Assembly (NCBI RefSeq): GCF_001457595.1
Contig: NZ_LN831039.1
Coordinates: forward strand, 1,650,001-1,682,000
From: Mycolicibacterium smegmatis
GTDB lineage: Bacteria > Actinomycetota > Actinomycetes > Mycobacteriales > Mycobacteriaceae
Reading direction: 5' to 3'
DNA: 32,000 nt
Below, one piece after another: positions 9,299 through 17,619 of the stretch (within the stretch, counting starts at the first letter, position 1; the number at the start of each line of letters is the position of its first letter). Under the pieces are notes generated by a model. The model searched no databases. It was not told the origin of the DNA and saw only the letters and a program-made list of their open reading frames with translations. The translations under genes and the position numbers were made by a program.

Positions 9299-9959
9299 AG
9301 ACATCACCACCCACCGGGGCACCGCCGATCCGATCGACGGGCTGATCCGCATCGAGACCTCACCGAAGGAGGCCGCGACCCCGATCATCATGGAGATGAT
9401 GCGGTCGGTGTACCCGCACGAGCAGGTGTTCGGTGAGTACTGCACGGTCAACGACTACATCGCGTGCCCGCCCGACGAACTGTTCGACTACCTCGCCGAT
9501 ACCCGAAGCCTCGAGGAGTGGACCTACAGTCTGCGGGGATTCGCCACCACCGAGGAGCCCGGACTGTGGGTGGCCCGCGACCGCCTCGGTGAGGGCAGCG
9601 GTGGACCCGGCAGCGCGATCTACACGCGCACGGTCGCCAACCGTGACGCGATGACCGTCGACTACCACTGCGCCTGGGATCAGGGCAAGCACCTGTGGAT
9701 GATCTACCTGATGCGCATCGTCGACGCCCAGGTGGTGTTCGACAAGCCGGGATCGGTTGTGCTGTGGACCAATTGCCACCATCCCTTCTACGACGAGAAC
9801 CCGTACCCCGAGACCGCGCCGCCCGGGCGACCGGTCTGGGTCGGTGACTTCTGGGACATGTTCGGCCCCGGTCACCTGCTGGAACTGAAGAACCTCAAGG
9901 CGATCGCCGAGTACCGGCACCGCAACGGACTGCCGCTCACCCCGGCCTGGATGAAATGA
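9279..9959 (+). CDS. Hypothetical protein, possibly SRPBCC/START-like (polyketide cyclase/dehydratase-type fold)
   Basis: 226 aa with strong GC3 bias and AGGAGA about 10 nt upstream. It overlaps the upstream gene by 20 nt. The segment CTVNDYIACPPDELFDYLADTRSLEEWTYSL resembles the start of SRPBCC domains; the fold call is by eye only. Confidence 0.7.
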   Translation: MPLPALEDITTHRGTADPIDGLIRIETSPKEAATPIIMEMMRSVYPHEQVFGEYCTVNDYIACPPDELFDYLADTRSLEEWTYSLRGFATTEEPGLWVARDRLGEGSGGPGSAIYTRTVANRDAMTVDYHCAWDQGKHLWMIYLMRIVDAQVVFDKPGSVVLWTNCHHPFYDENPYPETAPPGRPVWVGDFWDMFGPGHLLELKNLKAIAEYRHRNGLPLTPAWMK

Positions 9960-10990
9960 GCATCCCCATGAACACCACCACCCCCGTGAGCCTCGTCGAC
10001 GTTTCGACCTACCTTCCCGGTGAACCGATCGGCGCCGAGTACTACGCGCAGTTCGCCGAGACCGACGACCTGCGGGACAACCTGATGTTCCGCGCACCGC
10101 GGTTCCGGCACCACGTCGCGCCCGACGAGACCGCCACCGACATGATCGAGCGCGCCGCGGCCGGACTGATCGAACGCCACGGCGCCGACACGGTGCAGGG
10201 TGCCGACGTGCTGATCACCCACACGCAGATGCCCGACATGCCGTTCTACGGCGGCGGCGGCGGCATCGCGCACCGCCTCGGCATGAAACCGAACTGGGTG
10301 ATCGACCTGCACAACGGAGGCTGCGCGGCGTTTGTCCTCGGCATGAAAGTGGCCCGTACGCTGCTGGCCTCGGGCGAAGGCCACACCGCGGTCATCGCGG
10401 TGGCGCAGAACGCCGCGGGCCAGATCTTCGACCAGGAGACCATCCGCCGCAAGGCCCAGGCGTCGGTGCCCGGCGACGGCGCGGCCGTCGGCCTGGTGAC
10501 GGTGTCGGACGCCTCACCGATCCTGGACGTCGAGTGCCGCACCTACGGCGAGTACGCCGGTGACATGACCATCGCGTCGGATCCGCCACGCAAGTGGTGG
10601 CAGCCCGGACCGGGGGAGGGCTACATCGGGTTCACGGAAAGCAAGATCACCAAGGTGCTGGCCCGCGGCAACCGGCAGGTGCCCGAGGTGTCGTATGCCG
10701 TGTGCGACCGGATCGGCATCCACCCCAGGGACATCGACCTGTTCGTCACCAACCAGCCCAACCGGGTGTTCCTGCGCAACTGGCGCGAGGCCCTTGAGTT
10801 GCCTGCCGAACGCCACGTCGACACATTCGACACGTGCGGCAACCTCTTCGGCGCGGGCATCCCGATCAACTTCGACCGCGCGGTCACCGACGGGCGCGTG
10901 AAGGCCGGTGACACGGTGCTGATGGCGGCGTTCGCGCACGCAGGGGACTTCGCCGGCGCGGCCGCGGTGCGCTGGGGAGGCCGGGACTGA
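9956..10990 (+). CDS. KAS III (FabH)-like thiolase-fold enzyme with an atypical active site
   Basis: 344 aa. It aligns by eye to FabH: nucleophile Cys in HNGGCAAFVLG, then VPGDGAAVGLV and CGNLFGAGIP (Asn retained). The FabH motif PHQAN reads TNQPN here. ATGA overlap with the upstream gene. Confidence 0.85.
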   Translation: MSIPMNTTTPVSLVDVSTYLPGEPIGAEYYAQFAETDDLRDNLMFRAPRFRHHVAPDETATDMIERAAAGLIERHGADTVQGADVLITHTQMPDMPFYGGGGGIAHRLGMKPNWVIDLHNGGCAAFVLGMKVARTLLASGEGHTAVIAVAQNAAGQIFDQETIRRKAQASVPGDGAAVGLVTVSDASPILDVECRTYGEYAGDMTIASDPPRKWWQPGPGEGYIGFTESKITKVLARGNRQVPEVSYAVCDRIGIHPRDIDLFVTNQPNRVFLRNWREALELPAERHVDTFDTCGNLFGAGIPINFDRAVTDGRVKAGDTVLMAAFAHAGDFAGAAAVRWGGRD

Positions 10991-12024
10991 TGGCCGCCCC
11001 GCGTGGCGCCCTGGTGGAGGCGGTCGACGCGCTTCCCCCGGCGGTCAACCCACTGGCGTTGTCACTCAACGAGTTTCCGTATCCGCCGCTACCCGCGGTG
11101 AAGGCCGCGCTGAGCGCCGCGGTGGATGCGGCCAACCGCTATCCGGAGTTCCTTCCCGAACGGTTGCGGTCGCTGATCGCCGGCCGGGTAGGCGTCGACG
11201 AAAGGCAGGTGATCATCGGCGTCGGCGCGACCGGCGTCATCATGCAGGTGCTGCACGCGGTCACCAGCCCCGGTGACACCATGGTGATGTCGGCGCCCAC
11301 GTTCGACGGGTACCCGATCTTCGCGCAGATGGCCCGGCTGCGGTCGGTGACCGTCGACCTGGACGTGTACGGCCACCACAATCTGCACGCGATGGCCGAC
11401 GCCGCGCGCGATGCCCGGGTGGTGGTGGTGTGCCGTCCGCACAACCCCACCGGCACGATCGAACCCGCCGAGGACATCGAGCGGTTCCTGGAGAGCATCC
11501 CCGAGGACACCGTGGTGCTGCTCGACGAGGCATATGCCGAATTCCTCGGCCCCGCCAACCGGATCGACGGGCCGCGGCTGGTCGAACGGTTCCGCAATGT
11601 CGTGGTGGTGCGCACGTTCTCGAAGGCCTACGGTCTGGCCGGCCTGCGGATCGGCTACGGCTTCTGCGCACCGCAACTGGCGCGTCAACTGTGGACCATG
11701 CAGTTGCCGTTCGGGATCGGGCTTCCCGCACTGGTCGCGGTCGCGGCATCTTATGACGCCGAAGGCCAGCTGCGGCAACGCATCCGGATGATCTCCGCCG
11801 AGCGCCGGTTCCTGCAGATGCGGCTGCGCTCGATGGGCGTGTACAGCACCGACGGGCAGGCCAACTTCGTGTACCTGCCCGCGACGGGCGTGCCGTGGCA
11901 CGACGTGTTCGACGATGCGGGGCTCAAGGTGCGGCACTATGCCGACGGCGGCGTGCGCATCACCGTGGGCACCAGGGAATCCACGCGTGAGGTGCTGCGC
12001 GCAACGCGCCTGGCTTTGCGGTGA
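10990..12024 (+). CDS. PLP-dependent aminotransferase, class I/II, histidinol-phosphate/aromatic (HisC-like)
   Basis: 344 aa with CRPHNPTGT and the Schiff-base lysine motif RTFSKAYGLAGLRIGYG. TGATG overlap with the upstream gene. Confidence 0.88.
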   Translation: MAAPRGALVEAVDALPPAVNPLALSLNEFPYPPLPAVKAALSAAVDAANRYPEFLPERLRSLIAGRVGVDERQVIIGVGATGVIMQVLHAVTSPGDTMVMSAPTFDGYPIFAQMARLRSVTVDLDVYGHHNLHAMADAARDARVVVVCRPHNPTGTIEPAEDIERFLESIPEDTVVLLDEAYAEFLGPANRIDGPRLVERFRNVVVVRTFSKAYGLAGLRIGYGFCAPQLARQLWTMQLPFGIGLPALVAVAASYDAEGQLRQRIRMISAERRFLQMRLRSMGVYSTDGQANFVYLPATGVPWHDVFDDAGLKVRHYADGGVRITVGTRESTREVLRATRLALR

Positions 12025-12059
12025 GTTCCGTGCCGCACAGAGATGCGGTATGAAGAGGC

Positions 12060-12581
12060 GTGCCCTCGTCACCGGACAGCTTCGACCACGCCGACCACAC
12101 GGATCCCATCGCCCTGGCACGCGCCAACTGGGAGGCGGCCGGGTGGGGTGACGTGGCCGACGGCATGGTGGCGGTGACCTCGGTCATGCGGGCCCACCAG
12201 ATCCTGCTGGCCCGCGTCGAGAACGCACTGCGGCCCTACGATCTGAGCTTCTCGCGGTTCGAACTGCTGCGCCTGCTGGCCTTCAGCCGGTCCGGGGCCC
12301 TGCCCATCACCAAGGCGTCGGACCGGCTGCAGGTGCACGTCACCAGCGTCACGCACGCCATCCGGCGGCTGGAGGCCGCAGGCCTGGTGGAACGCGTCCC
12401 GCACCCCACCGACGGCCGCACCACGCTGGTGCGGATCACCGACCTGGGGCGTTCGACCGTCGAGGACGCGACCGTGACGCTCAACAAGCAGGTGTTCGCC
12501 GATGTGGGGATGTCCGACGAGGAGTCGCGCGCGCTCGCGGCGTCGATCGAGACGTTGCGCCGCAATTCGGGTGACTTCTGA
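12060..12581 (+). CDS. MarR-family transcriptional regulator (Rv0737-like position)
   Basis: 173 aa with a winged-helix region: LSFSRFELLRLLAFSRSGALPITKASDRLQVHVTSVTHAIRRLEAAGLVERVPHPTDGRTTLVRIT. The GTG start is uncertain. Confidence 0.8.
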   Translation: MPSSPDSFDHADHTDPIALARANWEAAGWGDVADGMVAVTSVMRAHQILLARVENALRPYDLSFSRFELLRLLAFSRSGALPITKASDRLQVHVTSVTHAIRRLEAAGLVERVPHPTDGRTTLVRITDLGRSTVEDATVTLNKQVFADVGMSDEESRALAASIETLRRNSGDF

Positions 12582-12608
12582 GAGTTCCGAGAATTTCCCG
12601 AAAATGAC

Positions 12609-12636
12609 GTGAACGCCGCTCGCGGGGCGTGTTCAC
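12609..12636. terminator. Imperfect hairpin between convergent MarR and kinase genes
   Basis: GTGAACGCC...GGCGTGTTCAC, a stem with a 2 nt bulge. It overlaps the kinase stop codon at 12633-12635. Confidence 0.3.
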
Positions 12637-13874
12637 GGCAGTTTCGTCGAGTTCGGCGCGGGCTCGTGCGAGGGCAGCGGGATGGTCGCGGTGACCGCGG
12701 TGCCCGCGCCGGGCCGTGAGCGGATGTTGAGCCGCCCGCCCACGATCTCGGCGCGTTCGGCCATCGACAGCAGGCCGTACCCGCTCATCTCGTCACTGCC
12801 GAGCGGATGTTCGAATGTGTCGAAACCGATTCCGTCATCGACGATTTCGAGTCTCGCGATACCGTCCTCGACCGCGAAGGTCAGACGCGCGGTGGTGGCG
12901 CGGGCATGCTTGACGACGTTCTGCAGGCATTCCTGCGCGATGCGGTAGAGCGCGAGCTCGATGTGGTCGGGCACGCGGGTATCGGCCAGGTCGACGTCGA
13001 GGTCGACCTGGGGGATCGACCTGGCCAGGCTCGCCAGCCCGCCCGAGAGGCCGAGGTCGTCGAGCACCGGCGGGCGCAGCCCGCTGATCGCGGCGCGCGC
13101 CTCCTGCAGCGTCAGGTCCGCGAGTTCGCGGGCCTTGCCCAGCTGTTCGGCCACGGCCCGCGGGTCGTCGGCCGCGCGGGCCGCGGCGTCGAGCCGGTAG
13201 GACAGCGTCACGAGCCGCTGTGAGATGCCGTCGTGGATGTCGGCCGCGAGCCTGCGCCGCTCGAGTTCCTGTGCCTCGATGACCTGCTCGACGAAGTTCT
13301 CGTGCGCGCGTTCGCGGGCCACGAGTTGCCGGTGCAGACGGGCCTGGTGCAACGCTCCGGCGATGAGCCTGCCGATCACCACGAGCAATTCCACATCACG
13401 CGGCGTGAACTCGCGTCGCCGCACGGTGTGCACGTTGAGCACGCCGACCAACCCGCCCGGCTCGGCCTCCATCGGCACCGACACCATCGACGTGAAATCC
13501 CGCCCGCGCAGCGACTCGAACGGCATGTAGCGGGGATCGGCCTCCTTGTCGTGGCTGATCACCACGGGCTCGCAATGATCGGCGACCCATCCGGAGATGC
13601 CCTGCCCGATGGGCAGCCGGATCTTGCCGACCTCGCTGTCGAACGGCGGTGTGGCCCCGGCCAACGTCAGCGACCGGTCGGAATCGTCGAGCACGTGCAC
13701 GAAGCACACGTCGGTGCCGGTCGCCGCGGTGATCATGCGCGCCGCGGCCGCGGCGAGCGGTTCCACCCCCGGCCCGCTGGACGCGGCCTGGATGAGCTCG
13801 CGCAGCAACGCCAGCTCGCGGTCGGCGTCGACGAGGTCGCGCACGGGTTTCACGGCGCGTTTCGCGGCGTTCAC
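12633..13874 (-). CDS. Cytoplasmic GAF-domain sensor histidine kinase (HisKA_3 / NarL-partner type)
   Basis: 413 aa with no obvious TM segment. It has an N-terminal GAF-like region, the H-box RRRLAADIHDGISQRLV and HATPase motifs (QECLQNVVKHA, DDGIGF, GYGLLSMAERA). The GTG start overlaps the regulator stop (GTGA). Confidence 0.88.
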   Translation of the reverse strand: MNAAKRAVKPVRDLVDADRELALLRELIQAASSGPGVEPLAAAAARMITAATGTDVCFVHVLDDSDRSLTLAGATPPFDSEVGKIRLPIGQGISGWVADHCEPVVISHDKEADPRYMPFESLRGRDFTSMVSVPMEAEPGGLVGVLNVHTVRRREFTPRDVELLVVIGRLIAGALHQARLHRQLVARERAHENFVEQVIEAQELERRRLAADIHDGISQRLVTLSYRLDAAARAADDPRAVAEQLGKARELADLTLQEARAAISGLRPPVLDDLGLSGGLASLARSIPQVDLDVDLADTRVPDHIELALYRIAQECLQNVVKHARATTARLTFAVEDGIARLEIVDDGIGFDTFEHPLGSDEMSGYGLLSMAERAEIVGGRLNIRSRPGAGTAVTATIPLPSHEPAPNSTKLP

Positions 13875-14533
13875 TGGTAGATGCCTTCACGCAGCGCCGT
13901 GGCCACCGCGCCCGCGCGGTCGCTCACACCCAGCTTGCGGTAGATCGAGCGCAGGTGGGTCTTCACGGTCTCCTCGCCGATCACGAGCTTGTTGGCGATG
14001 CCGCGGTTGGACAGCCCCGCCACCACGAACGACAGGATCTCGCTCTCGCGCTGCGTGAGCCCCTGCCGTGCGCCCGGCCAGAACTCGTCACGCTGAAGGC
14101 GCGCCGCGGTACCTGCGGCTCTGGCCGCCATGACCGGGTCGATCGCGGTCTCGCCGCTGTGCGCGAACTCCAACTGGTGCACCAGATCGTCGCTGCTGAT
14201 GCTCTTGAGCAGGTAACCCGCCGCGCCCACCCGCAGCGCCTGGAACAGGTACTGCTCGTCGTCGTAGACCGACAGCATCACGACCTTGCGTTCCGGATTG
14301 CGTTCGAGCAGCGTCTGGCACAGGTCCAGGCCGCTGACACCCTGCATCCGGACGTCGCACAAGACGATGTCGGGGTCGAGTTCCTCGACCACGCTGACGG
14401 CCTTCTCGGCGCCGACGGCCTGCCCGACCACCAGCACGCGGTCGGAGAACGCGGCGAGCATGGCCTTGAGCCCCTCGATGACCATCTCGTGGTCGTCGAC
14501 CAGCACAAGGCGCACCGGGCTGGAGGGCGCCAT
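13871..14533 (-). CDS. NarL/LuxR-family response regulator
   Basis: Trimmed from the track ORF 13871-14743 to ATG 14533 (MAPSSPVRLVLVDDHEMV...). Receiver Asp in IVLCDVRMQG; C-terminal LuxR HTH LTQRESEILSFVVAGLSNRGIANKLVIGEETVKTHLRSIYRKLGV. Confidence 0.9.
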   Translation of the reverse strand: MAPSSPVRLVLVDDHEMVIEGLKAMLAAFSDRVLVVGQAVGAEKAVSVVEELDPDIVLCDVRMQGVSGLDLCQTLLERNPERKVVMLSVYDDEQYLFQALRVGAAGYLLKSISSDDLVHQLEFAHSGETAIDPVMAARAAGTAARLQRDEFWPGARQGLTQRESEILSFVVAGLSNRGIANKLVIGEETVKTHLRSIYRKLGVSDRAGAVATALREGIYQ

Positions 14534-14631
14534 GGCAACACGATAGATGTGCGGGAACCGTCGGTGGCTCAACTCCCGCGCGCAATTCGCCTGCCGAATC
14601 CCCCGTAGGGGGGACGCGGGAACGCTGTGAC

Positions 14632-15456
14632 ATGCGCCACTCTGACGGTGTGTCCCCTGTACAGGAGAAAGCATGGCGTGCCGGCAGGTTCTGGTGGGAC
14701 TGTACGCAGTCGGCTGACCCCGGTGCGCATCCGCTGCGAGCACTGATCCTCGATCTCGACGCGATGTCGGATCTCGACCTCGACGGGCACCGCGTCGTGT
14801 TCAACGCGGCGTTCGCCGCGCACGGCCTGGAACTCACATGGTCACCCGCGCGCTACCGGCAGCTGCTGGCGCTGCACGACGAACGCCAGCGCGTCGGCGC
14901 CGAGCTGCGCAAACGCTGCGTCGGACCCGAGTGCGACGTACTGGTGGAACTGCTGGCCGACGAGATCTGCGCGACCAAGGACATGATCTTCGACGAGATG
15001 ATCCTGGACCTGGGGCCCTCGCCGCGGGCGGGCCTGGTCGACCTCGTGATGGACGCGTTCGCCGACGGGGTTCCGGTGGGCGTGGTCTCGGGCGGCAGGC
15101 GGCGCTGGGTCGAACCGCTCGTGCGTCAGTTGGTGGGCGACGGACTCGTCGACACCATCGTGACCGGTGACGACGTGAGCGACACCGCCGCACGCGGGGA
15201 GGCCTACCGCCACGCACTGTGGGAACTCGGCGTCGCGCCGCACGAGGCACTCGGCATCGCGGGGTCCGGCGCTGCCCTGCGCGCAGCCAACGCCACCGGG
15301 CTGGGCACTGTGCTCGTGGGCGCCGACACCGATGGAGCGGGCCGGCCCGCCATCGCGGTGCGCGCGGACTACGCGTGTGCCGACGGCCTGCGCCTGACCA
15401 CGTGCCGACGGCTGCTCGGTCAGTGGTGGGCCCAGCACAGCCCGTCCGCGGCCTGA
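14632..15456 (+). CDS. HAD-superfamily (CbbY-like) protein, possibly catalytically degenerate
   Basis: ALILDLDAMSDLDLDGHRVVFNAAFAAHGL resembles the CbbY N-terminus. The start is uncertain (ATG 14632 or GTG 14650). The later HAD motifs look eroded by eye. Confidence 0.65.
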   Translation: MRHSDGVSPVQEKAWRAGRFWWDCTQSADPGAHPLRALILDLDAMSDLDLDGHRVVFNAAFAAHGLELTWSPARYRQLLALHDERQRVGAELRKRCVGPECDVLVELLADEICATKDMIFDEMILDLGPSPRAGLVDLVMDAFADGVPVGVVSGGRRRWVEPLVRQLVGDGLVDTIVTGDDVSDTAARGEAYRHALWELGVAPHEALGIAGSGAALRAANATGLGTVLVGADTDGAGRPAIAVRADYACADGLRLTTCRRLLGQWWAQHSPSAA

Positions 15457-15484
15457 AACCCGCCCAGATCTCTCCGACGCAGCG

Positions 15485-15517
15485 CTGAGGGGCAGATCCG
15501 CGGGATCTGCCCCTCAG
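15485..15517. terminator. Bidirectional intrinsic terminator-like hairpin (15 bp perfect stem, 3 nt loop)
   Basis: CTGAGGGGCAGATCC-GCG-GGATCTGCCCCTCAG lies between the convergent HAD-like gene (stop 15456) and mmsB (stop 15537). Confidence 0.75.
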
Positions 15518-15536
15518 TGCAACTCGTGCGTCCGGA

Positions 15537-16409
15537 CTAGCCGCGCAGCAGTTCGATGACCGCGCTGAAGTCCTTGTCCGCGTGCTCTTCGTTGAACTTG
15601 GCGTAGATCTCGGCGGCGTGGCTGCCGAGCGGTGCGCTGGCACCGGTCGACGACACCGCCGCCATCGCCAGGCCCAGATCCTTGTTCATCAGCGACGTCG
15701 CGAAGCCCGGCTTGAAATCGTTGTTGGCCGGTGACGTCGGCACCGGACCGGGAACCGGGCAGTTGGTGTGCACCGACCAGCAGTTGCCGGTGGCGCCGGT
15801 GATCACGTCGAACAGCGACTGCGCGGACAGACCCAGCTTTTCGGCGAGCACGAACGCCTCACCGATCGCGATCTGCTGCACCGCCAGCACCATGTTGTTG
15901 CACAACTTGGCCGCCTGCCCGGTACCGGACCCGCCGCAGTGAATGATCTTGCCCGCCATGGGATCGAGGATCGGACGTGCGCGCTCCACGGCGTCGTCCT
16001 CACCGCCCACCATGAACGCGAGCGTGCCCGCGGTGGCACCCTTCACGCCGCCGGAGACCGGCGCGTCGAGTTGGGCGTGGCCCTTCTCGAGGGCCTGTGT
16101 GTGGACCGTGCGGGCGTCGTCGACCGAGATGGTCGAGGTGTCGATGAACAGCGTGCCCGTCGGCGCCGCGGGCAGGACCTCGGCGTAGCAGGACTTCACG
16201 ATGTCGCCGTTGGGCAACGACGTGATGACCACCTCGGCTTCGGACGCGGCCTCGGCACCGGTGCCGAACACCTTGATGCCCTTGGCCTCCGCGGCCTCCC
16301 TGGAGGCGGGCATCGGGTCGAAACCCCGCACGGTGTGGCCCGCGGCGGCGAGGTTGGCCGCCATCGGGCCGCCCATGTGGCCCAATCCCAGGAACGCAAT
16401 GGTCGCCAT
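15537..16409 (-). CDS. mmsB: 3-hydroxyisobutyrate dehydrogenase
   Basis: Trimmed from the track ORF 15537-16856 to ATG 16409 (MATIAFLGLGHMGGPMAANL, a Rossmann motif), giving 290 aa, with GGAGA upstream. It is the last gene of the mmsA-fadE9-mmsB arrangement. Confidence 0.9.
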   Translation of the reverse strand: MATIAFLGLGHMGGPMAANLAAAGHTVRGFDPMPASREAAEAKGIKVFGTGAEAASEAEVVITSLPNGDIVKSCYAEVLPAAPTGTLFIDTSTISVDDARTVHTQALEKGHAQLDAPVSGGVKGATAGTLAFMVGGEDDAVERARPILDPMAGKIIHCGGSGTGQAAKLCNNMVLAVQQIAIGEAFVLAEKLGLSAQSLFDVITGATGNCWSVHTNCPVPGPVPTSPANNDFKPGFATSLMNKDLGLAMAAVSSTGASAPLGSHAAEIYAKFNEEHADKDFSAVIELLRG

Positions 16410-16425
16410 CTGATCTCCTGTCCTG

Positions 16426-17613
16426 CTACGCCGTGGCGCGTGGCCGGGCCGCATCTGCCTGATTGCGGGCTGCGCCCGCGACAGAACGACCGATGACCAC
16501 ACGCATGATTTCGTTGGTTCCTTCAAGGATGCGATGTACCCGGAGATCTCGGACGATTTTCTCCAGGCCGTACTCGCGCAGGTAGCCGTAACCGCCGTGC
16601 AACTGCAGCGCCGAGTCGGCGACGTCGAAGCACGTGTCGGTGACGTAGCGCTTGGCCATCGCGCACAGCGTGACCTTGTCGGGATGGTTGGCATCGAGTG
16701 CCGATGCCGCGCGCCACAAAAGGTTTCGCGATGTCTCCAACCCGGTCGCCATGTCGGCAAGGGTGAACCGGATGGTGGGCTCGTCGAGCAGCGCCGCGCC
16801 GAACGCCTGCCGGTCGGCCAGGTACCCCACGGCCTTGTCGTAGGCCGCCTGGGCACCGCCCAGCGAGCACGCCGCGATGTTGATGCGACCGCCGTTGAGC
16901 CCGTTCATCGCGATACCGAAGCCCGTGCCCTCGGTGTTGCCGAGCAACGCCTCGGCGGGCACCCGCACGCCCTCGAAGATCACCTGGGCGGTGGGCTGGG
17001 CGTTCCAGCCCATCTTCTGCTCGTCGGCTCCGAAACTGAGCCCCGGCGTGTCCTTCTCGACGATGAACGTCGAGATGCCGCGCGGCCCTTCGCCTCCCGT
17101 GCGGGCCATCACCACGTACAGATCCGAGGTGCCCGCTCCCGAGATGAACTGCTTGACGCCGTCGAGGACGTAGTGATCGCCGTCTTTGACCGCGCGGGTG
17201 CGCAGCGCCGCGGCGTCGGACCCGGCGCCCGGTTCGGTGAGGCAGTAGCTGGCGATGGTCTCCATCGACGCCAGCCTGGGCACCCACGTCTTGCGCTGGT
17301 CCTCGGTGCCGTACGTGTCGACCATCCACGCGCACATGTTGTGGATCGACAGGAACGCCGCGAGGGTGGGATCGGCCGCCGACAGCGCCTCGAAGATGCG
17401 CACGGCGTCGAGCCGCCGCAACTCCGAGCCGCCGACGTCCTCACGGCAGTAGATCGCACCCATGCCGAGTTCGGCCGCCTCGCGCAGCACGTCGGTGGGG
17501 AAGTGGTGTTTGTCGTCCCACTCCAACGCGTAAGGCGCGATGCGTTTTTCGGCGAACGCGGCCGCCGTCTCGACGATCACGCGTTCGTCGTCGTCCAGAT
17601 CGCTCAGGTACAC
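16426..17613 (-). CDS. fadE9: Acyl-CoA dehydrogenase (isobutyryl-CoA dehydrogenase-like, FadE9 position)
   Basis: 395 aa of typical ACAD sequence (CLTEPGAGSDAA, ...QLHGGYGYLREYGLEKIVRDLRVHRILEGTNEIM). It lies between mmsA and mmsB, as Rv0752c does in M. tuberculosis (from memory). Confidence 0.88.
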   Translation of the reverse strand: MYLSDLDDDERVIVETAAAFAEKRIAPYALEWDDKHHFPTDVLREAAELGMGAIYCREDVGGSELRRLDAVRIFEALSAADPTLAAFLSIHNMCAWMVDTYGTEDQRKTWVPRLASMETIASYCLTEPGAGSDAAALRTRAVKDGDHYVLDGVKQFISGAGTSDLYVVMARTGGEGPRGISTFIVEKDTPGLSFGADEQKMGWNAQPTAQVIFEGVRVPAEALLGNTEGTGFGIAMNGLNGGRINIAACSLGGAQAAYDKAVGYLADRQAFGAALLDEPTIRFTLADMATGLETSRNLLWRAASALDANHPDKVTLCAMAKRYVTDTCFDVADSALQLHGGYGYLREYGLEKIVRDLRVHRILEGTNEIMRVVIGRSVAGAARNQADAARPRATA

Positions 17614-17619
17614 GTGTTG

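Noticed and set aside
14599-14614. Small hairpin TCCCCC-GTAG-GGGGGA in the regulator / HAD-like gene intergenic region
   Set aside because: A 6 bp homopolymer-type stem with no positional or sequence support for a function.
15537-16856. N-terminally extended track ORFs (15537-16856, 13871-14743, 21686-22927, 22561-23568, 24043-25809, 27160-28278, 29664-30581)
   Set aside because: The extensions overlap the upstream gene in another frame and read as Arg/Pro-rich junk. In each case an internal ATG or GTG gives a canonical family N-terminus, usually with an RBS or a 4 nt start/stop overlap, so I trimmed the starts accordingly.
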